From Eledone cirrhosa (Eukaryota), in the NCBI GenBank assembly GCA_964016885.1, contig OZ024748.1, positions 26,412,001 through 26,476,000 on the forward strand: 64,000 nt of DNA, written 5' to 3'. How positions within the stretch are numbered: position 1 is the first letter of the stretch; every line of letters starts with the position of its first letter. Made by a program: the position numbers and the translations under genes. The notes below the pieces were generated by a model. That model worked only from the letters and a program-made list of their open reading frames with translations. It did not search any database and was not told the DNA's origin. This document shows, piece by piece, positions 1-15,100 of the stretch.

Positions 1-3000
1 CACAAGTTGCTAGCACAATGCATACATCACCTGAAACAACAGTTGTTTCATCTCCAGAACACACCTCTTTGACACCTACAGATGAACTTACTAGTATTGA
101 ATATTCAACTGAGACATCAACTAAAAAACCACTACCTATAAAGACACCTACAAGCACAGCAGAAAAGATCAATGAAACTAGAACAGACACAACAGCAACA
201 ACATCACAGCTTCCTTCAACAAGTGAAATCCATATAGAAACTCCTAAATCTACATCTGAACTGCCTCATATAACTGACATTGAAACAAGTACAGTGGAAA
301 GAACAACACAAATTACAGATATTGAAACTGAACGCACAACTCAGACAGAAATTACACCACAACTAACAACATCTCCTGAAGAAACAACTCTGTCTACTCA
401 GGTAGAGGACATCGAAAAGGTGACACCAACACAAGTTGTTAGCACAATGCATACATCACCTGAAACGACAGTTGTTTCATCTCCAGAACACACCTCTATA
501 ACACCTACAGATGAACTTACTAGTATTGAATATACAACTGAGACATCAACTGAAAAACCACTACCTATCAAGACACCTACAAGCACAGCAGAAAAGATCA
601 CTGAAACTAGAACAGACACAACAGCAACAACGTCACAGCGTCCTTCAACAAGTGAAATCCATATAGAAACTCCTAAATCTACTTCTGAACTGCCTCATAT
701 AACTGACATTGAAACAAGTACAGTGCAAAGAACAACACAAGTTACAGATATTGAAACTGAGCGCACAACTCAGACAGAAATTACACCACAACAAACAACA
801 TCTGAAGAAACAACACTGTCTACTCAGGTAGAGGACATCGTAAAGGTGACACCAACACAAGTTGCTAGCACAATGCATACATCACCTGAAACAACAGTTG
901 TTTCATCTCCAGAAATCACCTCTATAACACCTACAGATGAACTTACTAGTATTGAATATACAACTGTGACATCAACTCAAAAACCACTACCTATAAAGAC
1001 ACCTACAAGCACAGCTGAAAAGATCACTGAAACTATAACAGACACAACAGCAACAACATCACAGCTTCTTTCAACAAGTGAAACCCATATAGAAACTCCT
1101 AAATCTACTTCTGAACTGCCTCATATAACTGACATTGAAACAAGTACAGTGGAAAGAACAACACAAATTACAGATATTGAAACTGAACGCACAACTCAGA
1201 CAGAAATTACACCACAACTAACAACATCTCCTGAAGAAACAACTCTGTCTACTCAGGTAGAGGACATCGAAAGGGTGCCACCAACACAAGTTGCTAGCAC
1301 AATGCATACATCACCTGAAACAACAGTTGTTTCATCTCCAGAACACACCTCTATAACACCTACAGATGAACTCACTAGTATTGAATATACAACTGAGACA
1401 TCAACTGAAAAACCACTACCTATCAAGACACCTACAAGCACAGCAGAAAAGATAACTGAAACTATAATAGACACAACAGCAACAACATCACAGCTTCCTT
1501 CAACAAGTGAAATCCATATAGAAACTCCTAAATCTAGTTCTGAACTGCCTCATATAACAGACATTGAAACAAGTACAATGGAAAGAACAACACAAATTAC
1601 AGATATTGAAACTGAACGCACAACTCAGACAGAAATTACACCACAACTAACAACATCTCCTGAAGAAACAACTCTGTCTACTCAGGTAGAGGACATTGAA
1701 AAGGTGACACCAACACAAGTTGCTAGCACAATGCATACATCACCTGAAACAACAGTTGTTTCATCTCCAGAACACACCTCTTTGACACCTACAGATGAAC
1801 TTACTAGTATTGAATATTCAACTGAGACATCAACTGAAATACCACTACCTATCAGGACACCTACAAGCACAGCAGAAAAGATCAATGAAACTAGAACAGA
1901 CACAACAGCAACAACATCACAGCTTCCTTCAACAAGTGAAATCCATATAGAAACTCCTAAATCTACTTCTGAACTGCCTCATATAACTGAAATTGAAACA
2001 AGTACAGTGGAAAGAACAACACAAATTACAGATATTGAAACTGAACGCACAACTCAGACAGAAATTACACCACAACTAACAACATCTCCTGAAGAAACAA
2101 CTCTGTCTACTCAGGTAGAGGACATCGAAAAGGTGACACCAACACAAGTTGTTAGCACAATGCATACATTACCTGAAACGACAGTTGTTTCATCTCCAGA
2201 ACACACCTCTATAACACCTACAGATGAACTTACTAGTATTGAATATACAACTGAGACATCAACTGAAAAACCACTACCTATAAAGACACCTACAAGCACA
2301 GCAGAAAAGATCACTGAAACTAGAACAGACACAACAGCAACAACATCACAGCTTCCTTCAACAAGTGAAATCCATATAGAAACTCCTAAATCAACTTCTG
2401 AACAGCCTCATATAACAGACATTGAAACAAGTACAATGGAAAGAACAACACAAATTACAGATATTGAAACTGAACGCACAACTCAGACTGAAATTACACC
2501 ACAACTAACAACATCTCCTGAAGAAACAACTCTGTCTACTCAGGTAGAGGACATCGAAAGGGTGACACCAACACAAGTTGCTAGTACAATGCATACATCA
2601 CCTGAAACAACAGTTGTTTCATCTCCAGAACACACCTCTATAACACCTACAGATGAACTTACTAGTATTGAATATACAACTGAGACATCAACTGAAAAAC
2701 CACTACCTATAAAGACACCTACAAGCACAGCAGAAAAGATAACTGAAACTATAATAGACACAACAGCAACAACATCACAGCTTCCTTCAACAAGTGAAAT
2801 CCATATAGAAACTCCTAAATCTACTTCTGAACTGCCTCATATAACAGACATTGAAACAAGTACAATGGAAAGAACAACACAAATTACAGATATTGAAACT
2901 GAACGCACAACTCAGACAGAAATTACACCACAACTAACAACATCTCCTGAAGAAACAACTCTGTCTACTCAGGTAGAGGACATTGAAAAGGTGACACCAA

Positions 3001-6000
3001 CACAAGTTGCTAGCACAATGCATACATCACCTGAAACAACAGTTGTTTCATCTCCAGAACACACCTCTTTGACACCTACAGATGAACTTACTAGTATTGA
3101 ATATTCAACTGAGACATCAACTAAAAAACCACTACCTATAAAGACACCTACAAGCACAGCAGAAAAGATCAATGAAACTAGAACAGACACAACAGCAACA
3201 ACATCACAGCTTCCTTCAACAAGTGAAATCCATATAGAAACTCCTAAATCTACATCTGAACTGCCTCATATAACTGACATTGAAACAAGTACAGTGGAAA
3301 GAACAACACAAATTACAGATATTGAAACTGAACGCACAACTCAGACAGAAATTACACCACAACTAACAACATCTCCTGAAGAAACAACTCTGTCTACTCA
3401 GGTAGAGGACATCGAAAAGGTGACACCAACACAAGTTGTTAGCACAATGCATACATCACCTGAAACGACAGTTGTTTCATCTCCAGAACACACCTCTATA
3501 ACACCTACAGATGAACTTACTAGTATTGAATATACAACTGAGACATCAACTGAAAAACCACTACCTATCAAGACACCTACAAGCACAGCAGAAAAGATCA
3601 CTGAAACTAGAACAGACACAACAGCAACAACGTCACAGCGTCCTTCAACAAGTGAAATCCATATAGAAACTCCTAAATCTACTTCTGAACTGCCTCATAT
3701 AACTGACATTGAAACAAGTACAGTGCAAAGAACAACACAAGTTACAGATATTGAAACTGAGCGCACAACTCAGACAGAAATTACACCACAACAAACAACA
3801 TCTGAAGAAACAACACTGTCTACTCAGGTAGAGGACATCGTAAAGGTGACACCAACACAAGTTGCTAGCACAATGCATACATCACCTGAAACAACAGTTG
3901 TTTCATCTCCAGAAATCACCTCTATAACACCTACAGATGAACTTACTAGTATTGAATATACAACTGTGACATCAACTCAAAAACCACTACCTATAAAGAC
4001 ACCTACAAGCACAGCTGAAAAGATCACTGAAACTATAACAGACACAACAGCAACAACATCACAGCTTCTTTCAACAAGTGAAACCCATATAGAAACTCCT
4101 AAATCTACTTCTGAACTGCCTCATATAACTGACATTGAAACAAGTACAGTGGAAAGAACAACACAAATTACAGATATTGAAACTGAACGCACAACTCAGA
4201 CAGAAATTACACCACAACTAACAACATCTCCTGAAGAAACAACTCTGTCTACTCAGGTAGAGGACATCGAAAGGGTGCCACCAACACAAGTTGCTAGCAC
4301 AATGCATACATCACCTGAAACAACAGTTGTTTCATCTCCAGAACACACCTCTATAACACCTACAGATGAACTCACTAGTATTGAATATACAACTGAGACA
4401 TCAACTGAAAAACCACTACCTATCAAGACACCTACAAGCACAGCAGAAAAGATAACTGAAACTATAATAGACACAACAGCAACAACATCACAGCTTCCTT
4501 CAACAAGTGAAATCCATATAGAAACTCCTAAATCTAGTTCTGAACTGCCTCATATAACAGACATTGAAACAAGTACAATGGAAAGAACAACACAAATTAC
4601 AGATATTGAAACTGAACGCACAACTCAGACAGAAATTACACCACAACTAACAACATCTCCTGAAGAAACAACTCTGTCTACTCAGGTAGAGGACATTGAA
4701 AAGGTGACACCAACACAAGTTGCTAGCACAATGCATACATCACCTGAAACAACAGTTGTTTCATCTCCAGAACACACCTCTTTGACACCTACAGATGAAC
4801 TTACTAGTATTGAATATTCAACTGAGACATCAACTGAAATACCACTACCTATCAGGACACCTACAAGCACAGCAGAAAAGATCAATGAAACTAGAACAGA
4901 CACAACAGCAACAACATCACAGCTTCCTTCAACAAGTGAAATCCATATAGAAACTCCTAAATCTACTTCTGAACTGCCTCATATAACTGAAATTGAAACA
5001 AGTACAGTGGAAAGAACAACACAAATTACAGATATTGAAACTGAACGCACAACTCAGACAGAAATTACACCACAACTAACAACATCTCCTGAAGAAACAA
5101 CTCTGTCTACTCAGGTAGAGGACATCGAAAAGGTGACACCAACACAAGTTGTTAGCACAATGCATACATTACCTGAAACGACAGTTGTTTCATCTCCAGA
5201 ACACACCTCTATAACACCTACAGATGAACTTACTAGTATTGAATATACAACTGAGACATCAACTGAAAAACCACTACCTATAAAGACACCTACAAGCACA
5301 GCAGAAAAGATCACTGAAACTAGAACAGACACAACAGCAACAACATCACAGCTTCCTTCAACAAGTGAAATCCATATAGAAACTCCTAAATCAACTTCTG
5401 AACAGCCTCATATAACAGACATTGAAACAAGTACAATGGAAAGAACAACACAAATTACAGATATTGAAACTGAACGCACAACTCAGACTGAAATTACACC
5501 ACAACTAACAACATCTCCTGAAGAAACAACTCTGTCTACTCAGGTAGAGGACATCGAAAGGGTGACACCAACACAAGTTGCTAGTACAATGCATACATCA
5601 CCTGAAACAACAGTTGTTTCATCTCCAGAACACACCTCTATAACACCTACAGATGAACTTACTAGTATTGAATATACAACTGAGACATCAACTGAAAAAC
5701 CACTACCTATAAAGACACCTACAAGCACAGCAGAAAAGATAACTGAAACTATAATAGACACAACAGCAACAACATCACAGCTTCCTTCAACAAGTGAAAT
5801 CCATATAGAAACTCCTAAATCTACTTCTGAACTGCCTCATATAACAGACATTGAAACAAGTACAATGGAAAGAACAACACAAATTACAGATATTGAAACT
5901 GAACGCACAACTCAGACAGAAATTACACCACAACTAACAACATCTCCTGAAGAAACAACTCTGTCTACTCAGGTAGAGGACATTGAAAAGGTGACACCAA

Positions 6001-6122
6001 CACAAGTTGCTAGCACAATGCATACATCACCTGAAACAACAGTTGTTTCATCTCCAGAACACACCTCTTTGACACCTACAGATGAACTTACTAGTATTGA
6101 ATATTCAACTGAGACATCAACT
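1..6122 (+). repeat. Higher-order repeat, period 3000 bp (7 units: 6x429 + 426)
   Basis: Lines 1-3000 appear identical to 3001-6000, including rare variants (cag cgt cct ~638/3638, act caa aaa ~978/3978, aca tta cct ~2169/5169). The match continues to about 6122, where aaa becomes gaa. Confidence 0.93.
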
Positions 6123-9100
6123 GAAAAACCACTACCTATCAGGACACCTACAAGCACAGCAGAAAAGATCAATGAAACTAGAACAGACACAACAGCAACA
6201 ACATTACAGCTTCCTTCAACAAGTGAAATCCATATAGAAACTCCTAAATCTACTTCTGAACTGCCTCATATAACTGACATTGAAACAAGTACAGTGGAAC
6301 GAACAACACAAGTTACAGATATTGAAACTGAGCGCACAACTCAGACAGAAATTACACCACAACAAACAACATCTGAAGAAACAACACTGTCTACTCAAGT
6401 AGAGGACATCGTAAAGGTGACACCAACACAAGTTGCTAGCACAATGCATACATCACCTGAAACAACAGTTGTTTCATCTCCAGAAATCACCTCTATAACA
6501 CCTACAGATGAACTTACTAGTATTGAATATACAACTGTGACATCAACTGAAAAACCACTACCTATAAAGACACCTACAAGCACAGCTGAAAAGATCACTG
6601 AAACTATAACAGACACAACAGCAAGAACATCACAGCTTCCTTCAACAAGTGAAATCCATATAGAAAATCCTAAATCTACTTCTGAACAGCCTCATATAAC
6701 TGACATTGAAACAAGTACAGTGGAAAGAACAACACAAATTACAGATATTGAAACTGAACGCACAACTCAGACAGAAATTACACCACAACTAACAACATCT
6801 CCTGAAGAAACAACTCTGTCTACTCAGGTAGAGGACATCGAAAGGGTGACACCAACACAAGTTGCTAGCACAATGCATACATCACCTGAAACAACAGTTG
6901 TTTCATCTCCAGAACACACCTCTATAACACCTACACATGAACTTACTAGTATTGAATATACAACTGAGACATCAACTGAAAAACCACTACCTATAAAGAC
7001 ACCTACAAGCACAGCTGAAAAGATCACTGAAACTATAACAGACACAACAGCAACAACAACACAGCTTCCTTCAACAAGTGAAATCCATATAGAAACTCCT
7101 AAATCTACTTCTGAACTGCCTCATATAACTGACATTGAAACAAGTACAGTGGAAAGAACAACACAAATTACAGATATTGAAACTGAACGCACAACTCAGA
7201 CAGAAATTACACCACAACTAACAACATCTCCTGAAGAAACAACACTGTCTACTCAGGTAGAGGACATCGTAAAGGTGACACCAACACAAGTTGCTAGCAC
7301 AATGCATACATCACCTGAAACAACAGTTGTTTCATCTCCAGAACACACCTCTATAACACCTACAGATGAACTTACTAGTATTGAATATACAACTGAGACA
7401 TCAACTGAAAAACCACTACCTATAAAGACACCTACAAGCACAGCAGAAAAGATCACTGAAACTATAACAGACACAACAGCAACAACATTACAGCTTCCTT
7501 CAACAAGTGAAATCCATATAGAAACTCCTAAATCTACTTCTGAACTGCCTCATATAACTGACATTGAAACAAGTACAGTGGAAAGAACAACACAAGTTAC
7601 AGATATTGAAACTGAGCACACAACTCAGACAGAAATTACACCACAACAAACAACATCTCCTGAAGAAACAACACTGTCTACTCAGGTAGAGGACATCGTA
7701 AAGGTGACACCAACACAAGTTGCTAGCACAATGCATACATCACCTGAAACAACAGTTGTTTCATCTCCAGAACACACCTCTATAACACCTACAGATGAAC
7801 TTACTAGTATTGAATATACAACTGAGACATCAACTGAAAAACCACTACCTATAAAGACACCTACAAGCACAGCAGAAAAGATCACTGAAACTAGAACAGA
7901 CACAACAGCAACAACATCACAGCTTCCTTCAACAAGTGAAATCCATATAGAAACTCCTAAATCTACTTCTGAACAGCCTCATATAACAGACATTGAAACA
8001 AGTACGATGGAAAGAACAACACAAATTACAGATATTGAAACTGAGCGCACAACTCAGACAGAAATTACACCACAACTAACAACATCTCCTGAAGAAACAA
8101 CTCTGTCTACTCAGGTAGAGGACATCGAAAAGGTGACACCAACACAAGTTGCTAGCACAATGCATACATCACCTGAAACAACAGTTGTTTCATCTCCAGA
8201 ACACACCCCTATAACACCTACAGATGAACTTACTAGTATTGAATATACAACTGAGACATCAACTGAAAAACCACTACCTATAAAGACACCTACAAGCACA
8301 GCAGAAAAGATCACTGAAACTAGAACAGACACAACAGCAACAACATCACAGCTTCCTTCAACAAGTGAAATCCATATAGAAACTCCTAAATCTACTTCTG
8401 AACTGCCTCATATAACTGACATTGAAACAAGTACAGTGGAAAGAACAACACAAGTTACAGATATTGAAACTGAGCGGACAACTCAGACAGAAATTACACC
8501 ACAACAAACAACATCTCCTGAAGAAACAACACTGTCTACTCAGGTAGAGGACATCGTAAAGGTGACACCAACACAAGTTGCTAGCACAATGCATACATCA
8601 CCTGAAACAACAGTTGTTTCATCTCCAGAACACACCTCTATAACACCTACAGATGAACTTACTAGTATTGAATATACAACTGAGACATCAACTGAAAAAC
8701 CACTACCTATCAAGACACCTACAAGCACAGCAGAAAAGATCACTGAAACTAGAACAGACACAACAGCAACAACATCACAGCTTCCTTCAACAAGTGAAAT
8801 CCATATAGAAACTCCTAAATCTACTTCTGAACTGCCTCATATAACTGACATTGAAACAAGTACAGTGGAAGGAACAACACAAGTTACAGATATTGAAACT
8901 GAGCGGACAACTCAGACAGAAATTACACCACAACAAACAACATCTCCTGAAGAAACAACTCTGTCTACTCAGGTAGAGGACATCGTAAAGGTGACACCAA
9001 CACAAGTTGCTAGCACAATGCATACATCACCTGAAACAACAGTTGTTTCATCTCCAGAACACACCTCTATAACACCTACAGATGAACTTACTAGTATTGA

Positions 9101-12100
9101 ATATACAACTGAGACATCAACTGAAAAACCACTACCTATCAAGACACCTACAAGCACAGCAGAAAAGATCACTGAAACTAGAACAGACACAACAGCAACA
9201 ACATCACAGCTTCCTTCAACAAGTGAAATCCATATAGAAACTCCTAAATCTACTTCTGAACTGCCTCATATAACTGACATTGAAACAAGTACAGTGGAAG
9301 GAACAACACAAGTTACAGATATTGAAACTGAGCGGACAACTCAGACAGAAATTACACCACAACAAACAACATCTCCTGAAGAAACAACACTGTCTACTCA
9401 GGTAGAGGACATCGTAAAGGTGACACCAACACAAGTTGCTAGCACAATGCATACATCACCTGAAACAACAGTTGTTTCATCTCCAGAACACACCCCTATA
9501 ACACCTACAGATGAACTTACTAGTATTGAATATAGAACTGAGACATCAACTGAAAAATCACTACCTACGATAACACCTACAAGCACAGCAGAAAAGATCA
9601 CTGAAACTATAACAGACACAACAGCAACAACATCACAGCTTCCTTCAACAAGTGAAATCCATATAGAAACTCCTAAATCTACTTCTGAACTGCCTCATAT
9701 AACTGACATTGAAACAAGTACAGTGGAAAGAACAACACAAATTACAGATATTGAAACTGAACGCACAACTCAGACAGAAATTACACCACAACTAACAACA
9801 TCTCCTGAAGAAACAACTCTGTCTACTCAGGTAGAGGACATCGAAAAGGTGACACCAACACAAGTTGCTAGCACAATGCATACATCACCTGAAACAACAG
9901 TTGTTTCATCTCCAGAACACACCTCTATAACACCTACAGATGAACTTACTAGTATTGAATATACAACTGAGACATCAACTGAAAAACCACTACCTATAAA
10001 GACACCTACAAGCACAGCTGAAAAGATCACTGAAACTATAACAGACACAACAGCAACAACATCACAGCTTCCTTCAACAAGTGAAATCCATATAGAAACT
10101 CCTAAATCTACTTCTGAACTGCCTCATATAACTGACATTGAAACAAGTACAGTGGAAAGAACAACACAAGTTACAGATATTGAAACTGAGCGGACAACTC
10201 AGACAGAAATTACACCACAACAAACAACATCTCCTGAAGAAACAACACTGTCTACTCAGGTAGAGGACATCGAAAAGGTGACACCAACACAAGTTGCTAG
10301 CACAATGCATATATCACCTGAAACAACAGTTGTTTCATCTCCTGAACACACCTCTATAACACCTACAGATGAACTTACTAGTATTGAATATACAACTGAG
10401 ACATCAACTGAAAAATCACTACCTGCGATAACACCTACAAGCACAGCAGAAAAGATCACTGAAACTAGAACAGACACAACAGCAACAACATCACAGCTTC
10501 CTTCAACAAGTGAAATCCATATAGAAACTCCTAAATCTACTTCTGAACTGCCTCATATAACTGACATTGAAACAAGTACAGTGGAAGGAACAACACAAGT
10601 TACAGATATTGAAACTGAGCGGACAACTCAGACAGAAATTACACCACAACAAACAACATCTCCTGAAGAAACAACACTGTCTACTCAGGTAGAGGACATC
10701 GTAAAGGTGACACCAACACAAGTTGCTAGCACAATGCATACATCACCTGAAACAACAGTTGTTTCATCTCCAGAACACACCTCTATAACACCTACAGATG
10801 AACTTACTAGTATTGAATATACAACTGAGACATCAACTGAAAAACCACTACCTATCAAGACACCTACAAGCACAGCAGAAAAGATCACTGAAACTAGAAC
10901 AGACACAACAGCAACAACATCACAGCTTCCTTCAACAAGTGAAATCCATATAGAAACTCCTAAATCTACTTCTGAACTGCCTCATATAACAGACATTGAA
11001 ACAAGTACAATGGAAAGAACAACACAAATTATAGATATTGAAACTGAACGCACAACTCAGACAGAAATTACACCACAACTAACAACATCTCCTGAAGAAA
11101 CAACTCTGTCTACTCAGGTAGAGGACATCGAAAAGGTGACACCAACACAAGTTGCTAGCACAATGCATACATCACATGAAACAACAGTTGTTTCATCTCC
11201 TGAACACACCTCTATAACACCTACAGATGAACTTACTAGTATTGAATATAGAACTGAGACATCAACTGAAAAATCACTACCTACGATAACACCTACAAGC
11301 ACAGCAGAAAAGATCACTGAAACTAGAACAGACACAACAGCAACAACATCACAGCTTCCTTCAACAAGTGAAATCCATATAGAAACTCCTAAATCTACTT
11401 CTGAACTGCCTCATATAACTGACATTGAAACAAGTACAGTGGAAAGAACAACACAAATTACAGATATTGAAACTGAACACACAACTCAGACAGAAATTAC
11501 ACCACAACTAACAACATCTCCTGAAAAAACAACTCTGTCTACTCAGGTAGAGGACATCGAAAAGGTGATACCAACACAAGTTGCTAGCACAAAGCATAAA
11601 TCACCTGAAACAACAGTTGTTTCATCTCCAGAACACACCTCTTTGACACCTACAGATGAACTTACTAGTATTGAAGATTCAACTGAGACATCAACTAAAA
11701 AACCACTACCTATAAAGACACCTACAAGCACAGCAGAAAAGATCAATGAAACTAGAACAGACACAACAGCAACAACATCACAGCTTCCTTCAACAAGTGA
11801 AATCCATATAGAAACTCCTAAATCTACATCTGAACTGCCTCATATAACTGACATTGAAACAAGTACAGTGGAAAGAACAACACAAATTACAGATATTGAA
11901 ACTGAACGCACAACTCAGACAGAAATTACACCACAACTAACAACATCTCCTGAAGAAACAACTCTGTCTACTCAGGTAGAGGACATCGAAAAGGTGACAC
12001 CAACACAAGTTGTTAGCACAATGCATACATCACCTGAAACGACAGTTGTTTCATCTCCAGAACACACCCCTATAACACCTACAGATGAACTTACTAGTAT

Positions 12101-15100
12101 TGAATATAGAACTGAGACATCAACTGAAAAATCACTACCTACGATAACACCTACAAGCACAGCAGAAAAGATCACTGAAACTATAACAGACACAACAGCA
12201 ACAACATCACAGCTTCCTTCAACAAGTGAAATCCATATAGAAACTCCTAAATCTACTTCTGAACTGCCTCATATAACTGACATTGAAACAAGTACAGTGG
12301 AAAGAACAACACAAATTACAGATATTGAAACTGAACGCACAACTCAGACAGAAATTACACCACAACTAACAACATCTCCTGAAGAAACAACTCTGTCTAC
12401 TCAGGTAGAGGACATCGAAAAGGTGACACCAACACAAGTTGCTAGCACAATGCATACATCACCTGAAACAACAGTTGTTTCATCTCCAGAACACACCTCT
12501 ATAACACCTACAGATGAACTTACTAGTATTGAATATACAACTGAGACATCAACTGAAAAACCACTACCTATAAAGACACCTACAAGCACAGCTGAAAAGA
12601 TCACTGAAACTATAACAGACACAACAGCAACAACATCACAGCTTCCTTCAACAAGTGAAATCCATATAGAAACTCCTAAATCTACTTCTGAACTGCCTCA
12701 TATAACTGACATTGAAACAAGTACAGTGGAAAGAACAACACAAGTTACAGATATTGAAACTGAGCGGACAACTCAGACAGAAATTACACCACAACAAACA
12801 ACATCTCCTGAAGAAACAACACTGTCTACTCAGGTAGAAGACATCGAAAAGGTGACACCAACACAAGTTGCTAGCACAATGCATATATCACCTGAAACAA
12901 CAGTTGTTTCATCTCCTGAACACACCTCTATAACACCTACAGATGAACTTACTAGTATTGAATATACAACTGAGACATCAACTGAAAAATCACTACCTGC
13001 GATAACACCTACAAGCACAGCAGAAAAGATCACTGAAACTAGAACAGACACAACAGCAACAACATCACAGCTTCCTTCAACAAGTGAAATCCATATAGAA
13101 ACTCCTAAATCTACTTCTGAACTGCCTCATATAACAGACATTGAAACAAGTACAATGGAAAGAACAACACAAATTATAGATATTGAAACTGAACGCACAA
13201 CTCAGACAGAAATTACACCACAACTAATAACATCTCCTGAAGAAACAACTCTGTCTACTCAGGTAGAGGACATCGAAAAGGTGACACCAACACAAGTTGC
13301 TAGCACAATGCATACATCACATGAAACAACAGTTGTTTCATCTCCTGAACACACCTCTATAACACCTACAGATGAACTTACTAGTATTGAATATAGAACT
13401 GAGACATCAACTGAAAAATCACTACCTACGATAACACCTACAAGCACAGCAGAAAAGATCACTGAAACTAGAACAGACACAACAGCAACAACATCACAGC
13501 TTCCTTCAACAAGTGAAATCCATATAGAAACTCCTAAATCTACTTCTGAACTGCCTCATATAACTGACATTGAAACAAGTACAGTGGAAAGAACAACACA
13601 AATTACAGATATTGAAACTGAACACACAACTCAGATAGAAATTACACCACAACTAACAACATCTCCTGAAAAAACAACTCTGTCTACTCAGGTAGAGGAC
13701 ATCGAAAAGGTGATACCAACACAAGTTGCTAGCACAAAGCATAAATCACCTGAAACAACAGTTGTTTCATCTCCAGAACACACCTCTATAACACCTACAG
13801 GTGAACTTACTAGTATTGAATATACAACTGAGACATCAACTGAAAAACCACTACCTATCAAGACACCTACAAGCACAGCAGAAAAGATCACTGAAACTAG
13901 AACAGACACAACAACAACAACATCACAGCTTCCTTCAACAAGTGAAATCCATATAGAAACTCCTAAATCTACTTCTGAACTGCCTCATATAACTGACATT
14001 GAAACAAGTACAGTGGAAAGAACAACACAAGTTACAGATATTGAAACTGAGCGCACAACTCAGACAGAAATTACACCACAACAAACAACATCTCCTGAAG
14101 AAACAACACTGTCTACTCAGGTAGAGGACATCGTAAAGGTGACACCAACACAAGTTGCTAGCACAATGCATACATCACCTGAAACAACAGTTGTTTCATC
14201 TCCAGAACACACCTCTATAACACCTACAGATGAACTTACTAGTATTGAATATACAACTGAGACATCAACTGAAAAACCACTACCCATAAAGACACCTACA
14301 AGCACAGCAGAAAAGATCACTGAAACTAGAACAGACACAACAGCAACAACATCACAGCTTCCTTCAACAAGTGAAATCCATATAGAAACTCCTAAATCTA
14401 CTTCTGAACAGCCTCATATAACAGACATTGAAACAAGTACGATGGAAAGAACAACACAAATTACAGATATTGAAACTGAGCGCACAACTCAGACAGAAAT
14501 TACACCACAACTAACAACATCTCCTGAAGAAACAACTCTGTCTACTCAGGTAGAGGACATCGAAAAGGTGACACCAACACAAGTTGCTAGCACAATGCAT
14601 ACATCACCTGAAACAACAGTTGTTTCATCTCCAGAACACACCCCTATAACACCTACAGATGAACTTACTAGTATTGAATATACAACTGAGACATCAACTG
14701 AAAAACCACTACCTATAAAGACACCTACAAGCACAGCAGAAAAGATCACTGAAACTAGAACAGACACAACAGCAACAACATCACAGCTTCCTTCAACAAG
14801 TGAAATCCATATAGAAACTCCTAAATCTACTTCTGAACTGCCTCATATAACTGACATTGAAACAAGTACAGTGGAAAGAACAACACAAGTTACAGATATT
14901 GAAACTGAGCGGACAACTCAGACAGAAATTACACCACAACAAACAACATCTCCTGAAGAAACAACACTGTCTACTCAGGTAGAGGACATCGTAAAGGTGA
15001 CACCAACACAAGTTGCTAGCACAATGCATACATCACCTGAAACAACAGTTGTTTCATCTCCAGAACACACCTCTATAACACCTACAGATGAACTTACTAG

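Noticed and set aside
9-95. Six-bp palindromes once per unit (GCTAGC, ATGCAT, ACTAGT)
   Set aside because: Short palindromes arise by chance and are propagated by the repeat. They are useful as NheI/NsiI/SpeI sites for a 429-bp ladder but give no evidence of regulatory function.
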